Shown one piece after another: positions 60,908 through 64,000 of a DNA stretch of 64,000 nucleotides; position 1 is the first letter of the stretch, and each line of letters begins with the position of its first letter. The stretch is taken from positions 51,637-115,636 of the IMG/VR virus record IMGVR_UViG_3300032215_000682. One strand, given 5' to 3'. The DNA comes from a virus. Below the pieces are notes generated by a model, which was not told the origin of the DNA, did not search any database, and saw nothing but the letters and a program-made list of their open reading frames with translations. The position numbers were made by a program, and so were the translations under genes.

Positions 60908-61885
60908 ATGAATTTTTCAACAAAAACAAAAACACTCTATCAACAACTTTTAGAAAAAATTAATGAAGAAGATGTCTTTCAATATTATTTTCCTTTTACA
61001 TTAAACAAAATGTATTTAAGTCCATTTAGAAAAGACAATTTGCCTAGTTTTCATATTACAAGAAATAAAGAAGGAAATTTATTCTTTCATGATTTTGGAT
61101 TTGGTGGTGGAAATTGTATAAGATTTGTTGAATTATTATTCAGAATATCATATTCAGCAGCTTATACAAAAATATTAAAAGATTTTTCATTAAATGAGCC
61201 TATTAATAAAAACTATGAAAAAAGCTATATAAGTCTTCCTAAGCAAGAAAAGAAAGAATATAATATAAAGTTTAGCCCAAGGAAATTTAATGCCTTAGAG
61301 AGGATGTATTGGCTTCAATATAATATTACAGAAGAAGAATGTTTAGAAAATGAAATTTGGGTTCCTAAAAGTTTATTTATTAATGATAAGAAACAATATT
61401 TATCAAATGAGTTATTATTTATTTATAGATTCACAAAAGATGGAGAGCCAGATAAAAAGAAGATTTATAGACCTTTTAATAAAGAATTTAAGTGGGCAGG
61501 GTCTGTATCACAAAAATTAATTGAAGGAATAAATTATTTACCAAAGATTTCTAATATTGTTCTAATAACTTCATCAAGAAAGGATAGAATTGTGCTTTCT
61601 CATATATTTCCTGACACTGTGAATACACAAAATGAGAATGAAAAAGCCATTATAGAAAAAAATGATAGATTTTTTAATGAAAATTATGATGCTAAGTTTA
61701 TATTTTGGAATAATGATAAAAAAGGTAAAGAAGAAAATAAAAAATTAAATTCAAAAGGATATTTGTGGGTAAATATTCCTGATGAGTATGGAGTAAAAGA
61801 TCCTTCTGATTTAATAAAGAAATTAGGAGTGAAAGAAGGACAAAAGATTTTAAAACAAGAATTAATAAAAAAGGGCATATTATGA
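60908..61885 (+). CDS. DNA primase (crAss-type, TOPRIM)
   Basis: SPFR.D..PSF...FHDFG, KIYRP, ITSSRKD and KDPSD motifs. Confidence 0.85.
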   Translation: MNFSTKTKTLYQQLLEKINEEDVFQYYFPFTLNKMYLSPFRKDNLPSFHITRNKEGNLFFHDFGFGGGNCIRFVELLFRISYSAAYTKILKDFSLNEPINKNYEKSYISLPKQEKKEYNIKFSPRKFNALERMYWLQYNITEEECLENEIWVPKSLFINDKKQYLSNELLFIYRFTKDGEPDKKKIYRPFNKEFKWAGSVSQKLIEGINYLPKISNIVLITSSRKDRIVLSHIFPDTVNTQNENEKAIIEKNDRFFNENYDAKFIFWNNDKKGKEENKKLNSKGYLWVNIPDEYGVKDPSDLIKKLGVKEGQKILKQELIKKGIL

Positions 61886-62503
61886 AGTATTTAGTAAAAC
61901 AAACAAAGTATTATTTTGATGGTCATGGAGAAGGTATGGTCGGGGAAGGATCAGAAAATAAATTTATTAGTGATAATCCTGTTTATGGGTTTGTAGATAA
62001 TGATTATGAGGGTTATTATTATGATTTAGAAGATGTAGATCCAGAAAGTGGTGATATAAAAGGAGAAATAAAAGAAAATTGTATGGCTGATGAAGATAAT
62101 TTACATGAACAAGATGGATATAACTGTACAGCATATACTTATGAAGTTAAAAAAATCTCAGATGAAGAAGCAGAAAGAATTAATAAAATTTTAGAAGAAT
62201 ATAATAAAATATAATGAGAAAAAGAGCAGATGATTTTAAATTATATCAAATTAGAAATACATGTTCAATGAGAGAAATGTCTTTTGTGCATGATTATAAT
62301 TTTAGAGAGGATGTATTAACTATAGAAGAGTTTAATAGTGTAGTACAAAAGTATAATAGTAAAACAAGATTTAAAACAATTTTGTATAATTGTACAATAA
62401 AAGACTTAGAATTTAAGTTAATAGAAAAGTTTGGATTTAAGAAAGTATATGAATATATGGGAAATGGAGGTATGATGGTTAGTGTATTAATAAAAACAAT
62501 ATA

Positions 62504-62680
62504 ATGGAAACAACTAAAGAAATAAAATGTTCTTGTAAAGACGAATGGCAAGATAAAATATATGGACTAGGAAGAAGACTTATGAATGCTTTTGGAAAAC
62601 CTCATAAAGGATATAGATGTACAGTGTGTGGAAAAGAAAACACACAAAATGAAAAATTTCCAAAATTAAATTCTAAATAA
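62504..62680 (+). CDS. Small Zn-ribbon protein (58 aa, not in the ORF track)
   Basis: METTKEIKCSC...QDKIYG.G.R..N......YRCTVCG. Confidence 0.6.
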   Translation: METTKEIKCSCKDEWQDKIYGLGRRLMNAFGKPHKGYRCTVCGKENTQNEKFPKLNSK

Positions 62681-63271
62681 TGTATATTTTAAAGAAAACA
62701 AATGACAATAAATACAGAAAAAGTAAAACAATCAAATTTATTTAAAATATTAGACTTAGCAATAGAAAAAGGATTTACATTTCCTGCTAAAAATACAACA
62801 CAAATATATTTATTTATAAGAGAATGGCTTGAAGCACAAGATATTTTTATTGTAATTAAAAAATATGAGGGAATGACAAAACCTTATTTACATGAATTAA
62901 GAATTGGCAATAGAGTGGTGACACCTACAGCAGTTGATTCTTGTGAAACAGCTAAACTTTCTGTAGAAAAAGCCATTTTATATTGTTTAAATCAAAAAGT
63001 GTTTGCTAATGATAATAAATAAATTTATACTAGAATATGAAAGTAGTGTTATGGAAGAGGGTAATGAATATTTACCAATTTTAACATCCTTATCTAAAGA
63101 AGATTTAGTGATATTTATTCAAAATAATAATAAAGATATTAAGTTTTCAGGGCCTTGGGAGACAGGATTTATTAAAGAGTTTAATAGACATCTCAGTAAA
63201 TATGAGATAGATAATTTAGAAAAGTTTTTATTTACATTAGATGAATGGTTTGATAAAGAAAAAATTAAAAT

Positions 63272-63919
63272 ATGAATGAATTAGAACAAAGACTTTCTCC
63301 TTATATTGAGGAAAAATGGCTTAAATTTCTTGTTCCATTTTTTAATGCTCATCCAGAAATATTTAAAACACTTTCTGAAAGAAAAACTAAATGTAAAATA
63401 GTTCCTGAACAAAAAGATATGTTTAATGTTTTTAAATATACACCATTTGATAATGTAAAAGTTGTTATTATAGCAGATACTCCATATAATGAATTAATTA
63501 ATGGAAAAATAAAAGCTAATGGACTTGCTTATAGCTTAGACAATAGTTTATATATTTCTAAAAGTTTACAGAAAATTAGAGGTGAGATAGAAGATGAAAT
63601 TGCACAAGGACAGCCTATTAATTTTAATACAAATTTAGAACATTGGGCTAAGCAAGGAATATTATTATTGAACACATCATTAACAGCAGAATTAAATTGG
63701 AAAGAAGCTCATATTTATTTATGGAAACCCTTTACAGAACATGTTATTAAAACATTAAATGAATATAGCTCTGGTGTAATATATTGTTTGTGGGGAAAAA
63801 ATTCTGAACAATATAGACATTTAATAAACAAAAATAATTATATTTTAGAAGATAAATATTTTTCAAGAATTAATGAAATATTAAAAGAAAATAATAAAGA
63901 TAAGATAGAATGGATATAG
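63272..63919 (+). CDS. Uracil-DNA glycosylase family 1 homologue with degenerate active site
   Basis: F..TPFDNVKVVI, WAKQGILLLN.SLT, W.PFT and LWG present; GQDPY reads ADTPY and HPSPLS is absent. Confidence 0.8.
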   Translation: MNELEQRLSPYIEEKWLKFLVPFFNAHPEIFKTLSERKTKCKIVPEQKDMFNVFKYTPFDNVKVVIIADTPYNELINGKIKANGLAYSLDNSLYISKSLQKIRGEIEDEIAQGQPINFNTNLEHWAKQGILLLNTSLTAELNWKEAHIYLWKPFTEHVIKTLNEYSSGVIYCLWGKNSEQYRHLINKNNYILEDKYFSRINEILKENNKDKIEWI

Positions 63920-64000
63920 AAATAAAACATGATGATGAGAATAAATTTAAGAATTATTTTTATGACAGTACAAAAGCAAGACTTGATGCAATAATGTGTC

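Noticed and set aside
1-64000. Stop-codon reassignment (TAG or TGA), known in some crAss-like phages
   Set aside because: Large genes are intact in the standard code, TAG and TGA end real genes (helicase at 57515, glycosyltransferase at 45862), and no clear suppressor tRNA is present.

Overview
This 64 kb window is a fragment of a lytic crAss-like (Crassvirales-type) dsDNA phage, probably infecting a Bacteroidota host. It is very AT-rich and reads in the standard genetic code. The left arm (1-37255, minus strand) is the virion module: terminase, portal, scaffold-like protein, major capsid protein, ring, auxiliary-capsid and muzzle proteins, Cys-rich tail and fibre genes, lysis genes and GIY-YIG homing endonucleases. 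A strand-switch intergenic region follows at 37256-38140. The right arm (plus strand) starts with an RNA-rich early island (38.1-46.6 kb) holding four tRNA genes, a complete tmRNA with an unusual 26-aa tag, a tRNA-like RNA fused behind the tmRNA and many stem-closed intercistronic RNA elements. After it come a GATase / AAA / COOH-NH2-ligase cluster and the replication genes (family B polymerase, initiator, DnaB-like helicase, AAA_24 ATPase, primase and a degenerate UDG). Main findings: near-total CpG depletion extending into tRNA T-loops; the tmRNA plus tRNA-like cassette; a repeated U.U-mismatch stem motif placed just after stop codons; a 16-bp palindromic operator exactly 4 bp upstream of three Bacteroidota-type promoters; and a UDG lacking its catalytic motifs. 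All protein calls come from motif recognition and gene order, not from database searches.
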